64,000 nt of DNA from Phoronis australis (GCA_002633005.1 NMRA01000137.1:372001-436000), one strand, 5' to 3'; shown: positions 48,803-61,649, counted from the first letter of the stretch. The notes: generated from the sequence alone by a model not told the origin. Made by a program: numbers and translations.

Positions 48803-50906
48803 CCATAGTAGTAAATAAAAATTTCGTGTTTCCTCTTTTATTAGTTCATTATTGAGGGTCTTCTTGTCCCCTGGGGTCCAAACACCCCTGTCTTTTCTGC
48901 AAACCCCAGATAAAACTGCGTCTTAATTTGTGGATATGTTGTCTAAGCTATCCTTTGGAAAAAGAATTTTTGTTTCACCTAAAATTTTAAATAAATCGTT
49001 AATTAATAAGGCTTTTAATTTATAACCCCAGGCATATACGCGGCTTAAGTTGCATCATTTTAATTTGAGTGGTATTTTAAATGAAATAAACTTAAGAGGG
49101 ATGTTGCACTCAGGATTTTAATTAAATGGATTTTTCGGTCCTCCTTGGACCCTTCAGGGACCAAAGCCCCTTTCTTCCAATGGTAGGTGATGTCCAATAG
49201 AAATACTCAGTCAAACCTTTTGCACTCAAAAGTGTGAATAAAATCTTGCTAGCTCTCCAACTAATGGTGAGTACTGCCTGTCACATGAGGTGAATGTTAT
49301 TGGTAAGTATCGATGAAAACTACTCCTGAATGCCTGCTCTTGTTCCTACTTTTTCCTACTTTTCACTTTACAGTTCCTACTTTTTCCTACTTTTTTGAAA
49401 ATGTGTCCTAGTTTTTTCTACTTTTTACCTAAAACTGCTTGAAAGTCTGGAGGTCTTCAGATGAATAATTTATTAGTTGCAAAATGCAAATCTTTCTTCA
49501 TCTTTGTCTTCAAAAATCTCTAAGTCATCTGGAGCGGTACAGTATGTTTTAAATTTATGCACAATTACTTATTTTTAAAATTATTTGTTAAGATCAGTTG
49601 CTTCAGTACGAGCGTTTCATGTTTCTCTTACCTCGCGACTCGCGCTTCGTCGTTTGTGAATGGTGAAGCAAGATAAAACGTCAATGGAATGTATAATACG
49701 TGGAAAACTGGCTTTTTCCATCAAACTTCCTTTTGATCCAGAAAGGACTTGGTGAACTATTACGGTTTTCCCGCGGCGCTACTGTGAGGGTAGGAACAAC
49801 AAAAACACGTTTTGAAACTGTGCTGCGTTTGACGCATTACACAATTGGGTAATCTAGTGAACAAGACAAGTTGACCCATAGCTAAAACAGGTGATACGTG
49901 TGCAAAAATAGCTTTCCTTCAGCCGTGAACGCAATAAACATACAAAATGTAAATGTGCATCTATATTTCACGAGTTTGACAAACTGAACTTAGTTCATAC
50001 AGGAATGTATTTAGCAGGAAACTCCTGGCAATTTGGTATCTCTTAATGTCTCTTAAGAATTTTTGTCCTGCGGTGGGAGAACATGGTTTTATGTTAAAGC
50101 CATGGTCAAAGAAAGGAACTTGACAGAGTGGATGTTTTAGGAAACTTATTGTTGCTTGAAATGTTCGTGTGCCACTTGAACAGTGAACTCAAAAAATCAA
50201 GATTCATAAACTTTTCTCTAAGTATCTCTCGCTGGGAGAGCAATGGGTCTTTACCATTAGTAAGAGTTGAAAGGTTGGCTTGGCACTGTCTCGGGATTAT
50301 AGCGGTCCTATTTCAGACGGGCTGACCAACTCCGTTGAAACCTATCATGGCCTTTTGACATGTTAAAGCCCTGGTGGATTACATGTCCAAGGATTAAATT
50401 CATTTTGTCGTGGTCTGGATGACGTACAATTGTCATGGATTTTTGTTTAACCAGCCTCATTTTTAGGCTGTGACAAAAAGAAACGAAACATTCCTTGAAG
50501 GAGCTCTCTATCGTTAAGATGTATTAATTTGATAGGCTACAATTTTGACTAACTTCGTAACATCACATCTCAGGAATGCCTGTTCGGATGCACATGAAAC
50601 GAATATGTGTTAGGAATTGTTTTTAAAGTAATCCACTTTGGGAAAATGTGACTTCCGTGAGTGTTAGGAAAAACTCAAAAGTTGCATGAACCGAAAACAA
50701 GGGAGTATTTAGAAAACTGTTAAGGCGTTTTTGAAATTCCACCTTGAACATTTGTTGTCATTGTATGGATGCTGTTATTTTGCCATTATGTGCATTGTAC
50801 AAGAAAAGGGTACGGTCACGTGACACGACAATAGCTGATAGGTATAAAGTTGTTATCTAACCCTAGGGCAGAAATCAAATGACGTTCGTTCATGTAAGAA
50901 ACATTG

Positions 50907-51391
50907 TACAGAATTTGTTAAATGCACGACACTTTTCATTGATCACAGTCTTTATTCCGTTACGTACGTACTTTCGGAACAAAACTCTACTCTCAACTGA
51001 ACATAGATACAGTAACTGACCTAGCGTCATAATTAAAAGACGCACGTTACACTTGTTTGCGTCACTTTCCTGTCACCCCCCCCCCCATTCATTAGTCATT
51101 CTTTGCAGTATTTCACACCTGCCGTGTCTCACTGTGTGTGTCGTCAGATTATACTCTGTGGTGGCATTACTGCGTCATTTTATCTTCCCTTGAGAATGAA
51201 ACAAGTATGTTTCGAAATATCGTGTGTCTTTTGATTATGTCACTAGGTCAGTTACTGTATCTATGTTCAGTTGAGAGTAGAGTTTTGTTCCGAAAGTACG
51301 AACGCAACGGAATAAAGACTGTGAACAATGAAAAGTGTCGTGCGTTTAACAAATTCTGTATGACCGAAAACTTGCTCCCAAAGTACAGCCA
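50907..51391 (+). mobile_element. Penelope-like insertion: inverted partial unit (50907-~51058, -), spacer, and full unit (51152-51391, +)
   Basis: 13-bp flanking direct repeat gtaagaaacattg (50894-50906) / gtaagaatcattg (51392-51404); ~140-bp inverted arms 50907-51046 versus 51221-51360. Confidence 0.78.
51187..51224 (+). ncRNA. Variant minimal type I hammerhead ribozyme-like motif (U3-A8 core)
   Basis: ccc-TTGAGAA-t-gaaaca/agta/tgtttc-GAAA-ta-TC-gtg: perfect 6-bp stem II, palindromic ATAT mini stem III, UH = UC. Confidence 0.5.
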
Positions 51392-51579
51392 GTAAGAATC
51401 ATTGGGGATAAATGAAATGGCATAAGAACTGTTTTGGGGCACTTACTTTATGATGGTGTGTTGTCAGTTTTTGCGTCACCGCTTTTTTACCGCAAACGGT
51501 GATACGTACCTAATGGATGTACTACTCCAAAACAAGTAAACAGTGAAAACAAACTTAGTTAACTCAAACAGATACGAAC

Positions 51580-51580
51580 A

Positions 51581-51607
<27 letters not shown>
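51580..51607 (+). repeat. (CA)n microsatellite
   Basis: Uninterrupted AC run of about 14 units. Confidence 0.95.
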
Positions 51608-51612
<5 letters not shown>

Positions 51613-54399
51613 TGGTGTTCTATGCCGACAGAACGCCAGATACGTACATGTATTTCTGCCACGGGCACTCACAAATGATCAAAGCTACTCTTATTGGACG
51701 TTCTTTGTATGATTTTTTCTGGCATTGACATAACATGGCGCGAAAAGGCTGCTTCGCGTATAGTATCACTTGACAGGCCTGTGTTTGATAGTTTATATCG
51801 TGTTTTCTCGTGTTGCTAAATAATTACCAAGACTCTGAATAGTCCAACACATCCGGGATAACGTGATGTTGCGCTTTCATAGCAACGTCATCGCATTCTT
51901 ATCTTGTGTTTGAACTGAAATCAGTTTACAGTAAATTGCCAAGAATTTCGTTGACGGCCACACTTCCTTAGCGGTTCAATTTAACCCGCCGTGACAGGAA
52001 TTGTAATGGGCGTGGTCTTTCAGTTCTTCTGAAGCCTAGAAAAATGAATGACCTAGATTAGTAGAGAGTTTTTTAAAACAGGTGGCGAGTGTTTCTTTAC
52101 CCGTTTAAAGTTGCAAGTATCCGAGTTTTTTTACCATTTTGAATGGATATAAAATGTGTACACTTGAAACTAGAAAACACTTTGCGAGTTTTTACAACGT
52201 TTAACAAACAAGTCTACTTACTTTAAATTTACAAAATAAACGCTTTAAAATGTAGGCGGTCACGCGGTTACGATTTCACTGGGGACACCGAATAACTTTT
52301 CCGAGAAAAATGCTAGAGAAGGCAAGGACGCGTGGCTTCGGGGATTTTTTGTACCCGGGCTAATAGAGGGCGGTGATTCGTTTCAAGGAATCACATACAA
52401 AAACGGTGTAACTTGAATTCTAACCGTCTTATTCGCTGAACTCGGATACGGCAACTTAAATTAAAATGTGCTCGTGTACATACACAAGAGCATTTATTAT
52501 TTGAAGACAGAATTGGCCTCTTGTAATTACCACACAATTGCTGTTCTCATTTAGAATTTGAGAGGAGAATTAGACATTGGCAGTGACAGAAAAGACAAAG
52601 GGGTTATATTCGGTTATTTGTCCAATAACTAATCATATACCATTAAAGACCATAAACGTGAGCTGTTCCACACGTTGACTTAATTGCTCGTGTACAATTT
52701 TCGCAGTCGATGGCTGAACAGTATCGTCAAGGATTTACACTGCATTACAATTGAAATGACGTAAACTGTAGCAAAGATACAATCTACCGCTGGCAAGTGT
52801 TATAAAAACATTGAAACAAATTTCTCCTGACTCGGAAATCGATAATTTCCCAACTACTGATAGAAGAATCCCACTGCGGAAATAGTCGTCATGCTAAATT
52901 TGACGGAACGTTCCATACAAGGACGCAATTGCACGCGCGTGCGTCATTCCTTACCACAATGAAGTTGGAAAACACTCTGCTTAGGTCAAGAATTACACAA
53001 GCCGGATTCTAACCTCGCCATTGACTTGGACAGGTCACGAATCGTTAGCGTTAACATATTTTACTTCACACGCAACTTGTCAAGTAGCTTGTCGCCAACT
53101 CATTCTCCTCTAAAGCATTATAATCTCAAATTGAATTCACTTAATCCTAATCTCGAATTTAGCAGCGGATTATGTCATTGGAAAGCGCAGTTACCTGTAC
53201 AATATTCAGGTTACGTATTAGGCTGGAACAATTTTATACCACCATTTTGTTTGATCCTCGCTTCGTTATCATGCCATAAAAGTTTTTTAGGTGTCAACAT
53301 TTGGTACGATGTGCATTTCCTTTCTTCCCTAGTACCTGGGATAACAAAGTGGTCTTTTTTTTCTTTCCAAGGCAAACAGGGTCGATCACAAACGGTTGCA
53401 AAATCACGGACTATTGGTAAGATGAGACCAGTTTCAGTTGAGAGTTGGCCACCCTTATCAAAACGGGTGACACTTTTGACATTCATTTTTCACATCTTTG
53501 CCGTAATTGATCTGTTTGAGGCGCTGAATGGTGTCTACTGCGCCATGGAAAGACATCGTTGGGTTTATTACTGGCATTAACATCCTGACCATAAATTTTT
53601 CCTTATGAAGAAGTCACATTCGATCTTTGAAAATTAGTGAAATATCCTTAAAACAGGCTTATGTCACCAACATAAACTACTCGAAAGGTACGTGTACGTT
53701 ATGTTTTTAACATTCTGATTTCCAAAAATGAACGTAATGAGACTTGACGCATTATGACACGAATCCCTTTCGGGCAAATGTGCGTTTTCCTGTCCAGTGT
53801 TTGAATGCCACCACTGGGGGGCGCTTCTTGATTTCCCTCCCGCTTCCTCTTGACCCGGTGACTTGAACGAACGTTCAGCAACAAGCCTGACTTGCATTTG
53901 GTAATTTATGACTTCACTATACTCAGGGTGATGTTTTTAACAGTTGTAGGATCTAAATTTACGCGTGTAATCGCTTAATAAAGGCTTTAGGTAGTTGTTA
54001 GCTTTCTTTTAGTCATGTCACGTTTCATAGAATAACTTTTCACAATTCATTTTCATCATGCAATTCTATTCAGATGTCGGTAACTGAAGAATCATGCTTT
54101 ACCCCAGAATGAAAATATCATACAAACACAAATTTATTGTGACGTGGCTAGAATCCAGGTTAATAAATAGATGCAAACATATAACCCATGACTACTGGCT
54201 GGAACTACTCTACAATAATCTTCCTGACGTTGCGGAGCCGCATGTACCCGGTTGCATGAAACAGTCCATAATAGAGACTCAACAAAGGTCCCTAAATCTT
54301 TTGCATATTTGTGTCGTTCTTTAGTCACAGACGTAATATTATTCTATCGTTTTATCTTTATTATGAGCTCCGCTTTGCCTAATGACATTTTATTAAAAT

Positions 54400-54660
54400 A
54401 TAATTAAAATCTGAGCCCTTAATTCGTTGAAAATAAATATGGACTGAGTCCTTAAATTAGGAGCGTCGCATGAACAGATCCCTACTCATTTTCAATTATA
54501 TTGAGAATTCAATGTAGAAATCAATCTCGCTTTGTATCAAATCCAAAAATTGGCCTAGTAATGAAACTAAAACAGTATAAGAAAGGACATTCCGTGTTTT
54601 CACAAGTCCATATGCATGCATTAGATTTAGGGACCATAGTTGAGTCACTGTTGGGACTGC
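54400..54660 (+). repeat. Dispersed MITE-like repeat (see 14290-14553)
   Basis: Collinear similarity with 14290-14553. Confidence 0.6.
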
Positions 54661-54779
54661 AATCCGGCACAGGCTCCTGAGATTGATGACTGTCGGTTCC
54701 CGGTGATTTTGACGCCCTCTGTCGGTGTTCGTCGACAACAGCTGCAAGCACTGTGCCATGAGTTCGAGGGTTTACATCA

Positions 54780-55040
54780 CACACCTCCGTGTCTATTCAG
54801 ATAGGCATTCCTGGCTTTAAGCCAAACAGCCTCTTTGACACCTCGTTTCAACAAATAATCACTTTCTTAGTCCAATACTCCCACATCTGTTGTTTCAAAA
54901 GGTCGTCCCGGGTCACTAAGGTGACTCACCGTGGCGCTTAAACCACTAGCATTTGCAGTGTGCTTTTTGAGCGGCTGCTCAGTTTCACCAGTATACGAAT
55001 CTTCAAATTTGTCACAATCGCTCAATGTACACCAGTCAAT
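54780..55040 (-). pseudogene. Penelope-like retroelement GIY-YIG endonuclease remnant
   Basis: CDKFEDSYTGETEQPLKKH...SATVSHL..PGRPFETTDVGVLD*ESDYLLKRGVKEAVWLKARNAYLNRHGG matches the PLE pattern YIGET..L..H..SA..H..GH.F..V.ILD.E..R..KEA..I..LNRDGG; in-frame stop at 54867-54869. Confidence 0.8.
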
Positions 55041-58000
55041 GTAGCCCATACGATTTGAGGTAATGTACCCGTATTCCTTTGTTGAAAGATCACTCGTGAT
55101 TTTTCTGAGTTAAAAACATTATAACAACATGACCGTTTACTTGGTTGCCCAAATCTTTCATAAATGCGTTGCTTCATAACAACTGCAACAAATATCTCAC
55201 TGCCTCCTGGTGGAAAAACCTGGTCAAACATCCATTCTTCTTCTTTGGTGCTGTGTTATAGAAAAATCTACACATTCAGAGGTCCGTCTTCGTGAATCCA
55301 TAGCTAGTTTCAAACTCAGGTGGTGCTTTGTAGTGTCTAACTGCAAGGTCCCCTCTCACTCTGCTGTTCCAGCTTTGTTTTCAAATTTTATTTTTTATTT
55401 TACATTTTGATTCTATTTTCTCCTTAAGCTATTTAGTTAGTCAAGTTTCCAATATGGATTCCTTGGCATTATCCTTTAAGAGACCAATATTGTTATAGTG
55501 AGTAGGTTTTATCCTGAAAAAGTATCAAGTATCAGTTAAATCACCCTACTTTTGATTCTCATGTCCGAACCTTAGCAGGGAGCACATGCCTTCTGATATC
55601 CGGAAATTCAATTCTCATATTCAGGTCTTAACGATACCCATTCCGCTTCATTTTAGTTTAAAATTTTATTAACAGGGTTTTAACGCAGGTTAGTTCGTCG
55701 GTTAAAATTTCAGCTCAAATAATGCTCATTCAACAGAACTCCAAATAATTTCAAACTTACATGTAGCTGAATCTAATAGGATTTTTTTAAATTTATTTTT
55801 CACTTTTGGTGGTGTACCACGACGGAAAATTTGAGGCTAGGAGAATAAAAGAGGTGTTCGTGATGCTAATGATCTACCAGAATATCATTCGGAACAAATC
55901 GGGTAACTTTCAGCCTCAAATTTCCCCTCGAATGTGTTTCCAATCTGCTCGTGTGCCTACTTCAATCAAACATCAAGTTTTGTTATTTTCAAACTAGAGA
56001 ATGTTCGGTTACATGTCCGAAGTTGTCATATGCGCGTGTATGGAAAACCTGCAACGGGAACGTGGCACCTTCTGAGGAATGCTAAAATTCAATTTGCTTT
56101 CAATTCGGCATTGCTATTAGTTCGAAACCAATGTTCTTGCGCAGTTTTGTTAGCCCTCTCGAATCACCCGACTTGGTGACTCGAAATTCAATATATTGGG
56201 AAAGGTCACCAGAATTGCACGAATTCAAAATTCCGGTGAACATTCGTGGCAATGAAACCGGAGTCTCACTGTACAGTTTTGCTTAATTAAGATCGCCGAA
56301 GAATGAACCATGATAAATCGTGGAAGCGCTTATCAAAGACATGAGAAAGGACAAAATAAAATCTATGGTGATATACAATACAACTCAGTATCTATAGTTC
56401 CTTACCAAATTAGGCAGCAGTTGACAAACGAGAGAGCGTAATTGGTTAATGGCGAAGTGTGAATAAATTGGTACACTGGCGGCTTTTATCCATCTGATTA
56501 AAAGTACTTCTAAATCCAGTTGAGTCCAGTAATACCAAACGTTAGCAACGGCCAGATCAATAAACCTTTGAAACAAAGCCATGCTTTGCTACCCTCGATA
56601 ACGCCCAAACGTTTGACAAGGTCGAAATCTCCTCATAAAATCAACTAAACCGCAAGCGTTACTAACGCTTTGAACGAGTTATGTGACAACTGTGAGAAAT
56701 AGCAACCCGCCGATGTCGTTGACAAAGGGAATAGATGACAAATAACGCCTCGGTGCCAATTGAGCAATTGCACGTGTCACAACCTGTTTTGCGTGAGATC
56801 TTCAAAACGTGTTTTGATGTCCTTTTAAATAGAACTCTATAAGTTGGACCAAACAATATACCTCTTCCTGGGTTTTATGTTAACCGTTTTGTAGAGGTAG
56901 ATGAAGTTCCGTTTTTTAACTGCTTGTTTGAATTCGAGACCATGCTAGTACAATTATGTACATTCAGTGTAGAAATGGAAAGCATTTCGTAGCCTGCTCC
57001 CTAAATTTGTCGAACATACAAGCGTGAATGAATATTTATACCTGTTCGTTATTTTTGACTGAGACAGGCTGGCGCGCACACATGTTTTCAATGACAATGA
57101 TTGCAAATGATGTGATTACTTTTTCTGTAAGACTACTGTCGGGATTAAAGTATACTAGAAATGCCGAAACAAATAGGCTCGTGACCGTTTGTCAACCTAA
57201 TCAATCTTTCTTGCAATTTGACTAATCATCTGCTTGTCACTGAGCTGAGAGACCTGGCGTAGGATAGTAAAAAGTTATGTCTTTTATGTTCAAAAGTCGA
57301 AAGACGGGGATACGTGATTAATTTTGGATTATGTCGGCGTATATTGTCAACCCCAAACAGACGTCGATTCTTGAGCTACAAATTATACGATTAATCCATT
57401 TCGTATAACTAATATCCTGAAAATTTATTCCGTTTTTGCTGCGCAAAAGAACTAATCGTTTACGGTAATTGGTAGGCAATTCGACAGTCGCTGCAAATTA
57501 GTTTTAATTCGCCTAACAACGACTAGCATATTGCAAATTTTTAATCTAAGTTTCGGGACCAAACGTCTTATGGCCTTTGTCTCCAACTGCACACGGTTGT
57601 TTGAAGACCAGCAATTAAAAATTAGGCCCAGTTTCTTTCATAAATGAGATCTAATTGCATTTTTACTTGTATTGAGGCATTCATGAATCCAAATCTGGGT
57701 GAGTAGTCCAGCAGGTGTTCACTTTGTTTTTAATGTTCAATATCTGCACAACAGAACCTTTTGATCAAAGTTTGGCATGTTGACTTTTGTTTAAGTTGCC
57801 ATGGCTTTCTTTAAACCAACCCAAACACATTTCAATTTTGAGAAATCTTTTGCCGCCAATCAATAAATAAACCTCAAATGGCAATTAATAACACTCCGTT
57901 ATCCCTTTACAAAGCTTATTTTTAATAACAGAATTGAACATCGAATGCGCATGTCATGGATGTCATTCCTGTTGTAAAATGATATGCCGTATAATAAGGC

Positions 58001-60929
58001 ACGAGTAAATCTACTTTCATTAGTGAAGAATGGTTTGTTTCCCGTCTAAAATTATCTCTCAAAAAAGCTTAGACAGATTGGGTTCGGAAGTAATTCGTTA
58101 ACAGGCCCATAACTCCAAATTATTTACTTCCGCGGTTGACAATTAGAAAACCTAAGTGATTTGTTTCCGTAAACGTTTTTCTTTTTGCTAAACAACTGTG
58201 ATGAAATTTCAGGATAGACGTCTTTCCTTTCTCACGGACTATGTAGGTGTCCTCATTAACAGCTTCGTTTCCTCATTACGAGCGGTAGTTCTTTTCTCAC
58301 TGACCGCAATTCATTTCTTACGAACTTAGTTCTTTTCTCAATAACTCCAATAACGATTCTATTGTTAACAGTAGGATTGGTCTGCAAGTGCCGCTTGCTT
58401 GGTACATGTATCAACTCTCTGTATACTGCAGCTGTAGACATGTGCGGTTAATGAGAAAAGAATTGTCATTTGTAAGAGAAAATGAGATAAAAAATGTAGC
58501 TCTTGAGAAAAGTAGCGAATTCAAGATAAAAGAGTGCTGTCATTGAGATAAACATTTGGGTCAGTGTCAGGGGAATATTGTCCACCCTTAGTTTTAAGCA
58601 AAATGGATCAGAAATAGTACAATTTTAAGGCGGTTTTGATGTGGAGAATTCGTTTTGTTGTTTGCTTCCAACGAGAGCTTTTTCGAATTGGTTCTAATCC
58701 CAGTGCGTGAGTTAAAAGTTGTGACCTATCATATTGACCTATATACAGATAAACAGAGTTTCCATTGCAATGCATTGTGGGATGCCGGTCATCCAGAGCA
58801 GGATGTAACCAGCTAATTAAAACAGGGAACGTACACCTACATTTATATACGCTCTGAATGAGGGGTACTCCACTGTATATAGCAAAACGTGAAATGGTCC
58901 ATTTGCTTTTAAAATTCACATGTGCATCATATTTTTTAGCCAATCAGCTTGCACCAGATAATTGTCTTCTTGTCAAAATATTCATGTTTAATCTACTGCA
59001 AACAGAAATTGTTGCCCATTCACACTCATGGTTCATGTTAGATCGTCGAGTTCAGATGAGGCCCGATTTATGTTCCATCCTCGACGTTTATTAATTTTTG
59101 CTATTCTCAAGCCAGAAAATGGATGCAACATTTTAGTTAAGGACTCTATGTAGACATTTAAAATTGGTTTAATCCTCAGCACGTTTTCGTTCCCCGCCTT
59201 GCGTGAGCACGAAGGGTACTGTATTCACGACATAATTTAGTTGAGAAGACATCTCAAGAATTTAGCTTTACATTTAGTTCATACTATGTACGAAGGTGAA
59301 TTGTGGCAACTCAATGCGCCAATCGATTTTGGTGACAATGACGCCGTTTTCGAGGAAATTGAGTGTGGCTAAGGAAAATGTTACCTTATCTCAATAACGT
59401 AACTTCAAATTAGAGTGTAATCATATTTTGTACCGGGACATAACTGGGGTTAATTCCAGGTCCCAGACAATTTTGGTGAACTTGACCTCCTTTTTAATGT
59501 CACAGAGAGAAATCAAGCTGGGAAAATGTTCATCGTGTGATATCTCATGGGGACAGCTTGACATTGATGTGTAAAATGTATTTGCAATGTGCAAGCTTCT
59601 TACTTTGAAGCCTGGTGTGCGTTCAGTAACGCTACGACCTATGTTAGGACCTAGCGAAAATCTAGCCAAAGTCACGTGTTCTCATTTTAAATACACGGCA
59701 CAATCTCACGTAATCTCGCGAAGTCTTTCTTTTTAGCGAGGTCCTAGCGTTACTGACTGGGAGGCTGGAATCGGCTACCGCCGTCTGAAACACTTGGTTG
59801 GTCTAAAATCAGTAGGGAAAATGAAAGGCAGGTAGAGGCGACGCGTTGCTCGCAGCACATCATACAGTGATTGGAATTATTTTTTAAGGCCAACTTTTTT
59901 TAATTTGAAAATTTTGAGAATTGTAGATGGTGTTGGTTTTCAGATTTATTGGAAATAAAGCTTTATAGAATTATCCAACTGGCTTTATTCGCAAAATTCA
60001 TGGCCTCATGAAAATGTGTACATCCCGAGGCGGCGGTGGAAAATTCTGTTCGATTTTGTGACGTCAAAGTATACATGTCGACTTGCCATACAGCACTGGG
60101 AGTCTAAACTCTGGAGGACTAAGTTTTAATAGAGAATGCGGATACTGTTTGTATGGCGTTTATTGAAAGTGCAAATCCCCGGTTGCCTCGGCCTTAGGGA
60201 CACAGTCCGTCGTTTTCAGGACCGAGGAAGGCAGACCAGGTCAGTAACTCAGCAAAAGCCGTTGTGGATACAGTGTATGTGATCTTATTACGAATCGACC
60301 AAACCGACGCTTTCAGACTCGTTGTCATCGCCAGTTAAAGACTCAAAATACTCTATTGGCGTACCGTCAAACTGTACGACCACTGAGGATGTCACTTGAA
60401 TACGTCTTGGGTTGATCTCAGTTGAAAAACATTCAGCCACCCATGATGGTTTTCTGGCCTTTAGTTTGATTGTTAGAATTTACAAAAATCGTCACATCAG
60501 TAGTCGGTTGCTTTCTTGAACACACGCCTTACAATCCTATCAAATCACGAAAATAAACCGACGGATTGCTTTTCAGTTTGTATGATTTACGCTTGTCTTT
60601 CGATTTATCGATTCTTTTCTTTTTCTGTCAAGATTTCTCGCCAAGTGTTGTTCATTCCATTTATCAATGCCTTAATTTATTCCCGTATTAATTGACACTC
60701 GCTTGCATTGAATTAAGTCACCCCGTCAACCCAACTGCGCATGGTTGCTTTTTAAATAACTTAAAATTTGCGCAACTCAGTATACCGATGTTATCGTACT
60801 GTTGAACTACTCTCGATAACATTGTTTGCATCTGGAGTGACAAGAAAGTCCACGTTTGATTGGAATTACGATCTGTCGCGACTTATCGGGTGACATAATG
60901 GGTGAAAAGGAAGATACTGCGTGAAAATT

Positions 60930-61002
60930 GACAAAATGGGACAAATAGACAAAATGGGACAAATAGACAAAATGGGACAAAAAGACAAAATGGTTCAAAA
61001 TA
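60930..61002 (+). repeat. 18-bp tandem repeat (gacaaaatgggacaaata) x ~4
   Basis: Two perfect and two decayed units. Confidence 0.9.
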
Positions 61003-61649
61003 GACATAATTGGTCAGAATGGATAGTTTGATAACCTCAGAATTACTTGGCTAAACATTTTTTCAGCAATTGCGAAGTTGGAGCCTAAGACCGAATTTCT
61101 GTCTGAAGTCGACCCTTTCACGACACAGTCCACACTCGTTGAGTTGGTGTCAATGGACGTATCGCACCTCGGGATGGGCTGCCATAATTGTGTACGTGCA
61201 GTTCAAAACTTACGATATCGTTTTCTTTTAATATATTAACGATGCGACTATAATAAGACGTTTCTAAATGAACCTGTCGCAAAAAGTGTTGTTTTCTGAA
61301 AGTCTAATGACGTGCCAGCGTGTCGTTAGCAATAGTATGCGTAATGACTCCAGTCACTGTGGCAAACCAAGATGTCACTGTGCTGTAATGACAAACAGTT
61401 CACCGCCTGTTTCGTGTGATGAATTCATCTTTTTAAGCTGTAATGGGATCATTAACACACTGACAATATTTACTGCTTGGCTGCGTTAGGCGATTTCTAG
61501 ACGAGGATTAAGGGCGTCACGTACAGGGACAACCTCTTCTTGTAAACAGCAGATTTATCATCAATGCTGGACGACCATCGTCCAACAATGAACTGGTGGA
61601 ATTTATTTTAGACTCCTGAAGGACCGTATCGACAACTTCGTGCATTTAC

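Larger units (their letters stand above)
46210..49263 (+). mobile_element. Academ DNA transposon remnant with long, internally repetitive TIRs
   Basis: Ends atgttggagagccagc / gctagctctccaacta (consensus TAG...CTA); 3-bp flanks ATG (46207-46209, 49264-49266). Inverted similarity of ~46210-46895 to ~48235-49263. Internal Academ-type transposase remnant. Confidence 0.8.
45973..49449. mobile_element. Small non-autonomous DNA element with 6-bp TSD GAGGTC (hAT6-like), interrupted by Academ
   Basis: TIR caggctttcaagc / gcttgaaagtctg; gaggtc at 45967-45972 and 49450-49455; ttcctacttt subterminal repeats at both ends in the same orientation. Confidence 0.75.

Noticed and set aside
51105-51153. Minus-strand CTGACGA...GAAA as a second hammerhead
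   Set aside because: No workable stem I and no valid UH triplet in type I or type III topology.
53026-53580. 184-aa ORF and the many other 60-135 aa ORFs in the track
   Set aside because: Mostly non-ATG starts, no recognisable domains, and composition as expected from random AT-rich intronic DNA.
55905-55935. FQPQISPR as the next mGluR exon (IPQISYAS)
   Set aside because: Only PQIS matches; there is no YAST...LSD continuation or suitable phase-0 acceptor.
60930-61002. CRISPR-like array
   Set aside because: Contiguous tandem units with no spacers, in a eukaryotic context; the same applies to the 16-bp repeats at ~27704-27775.
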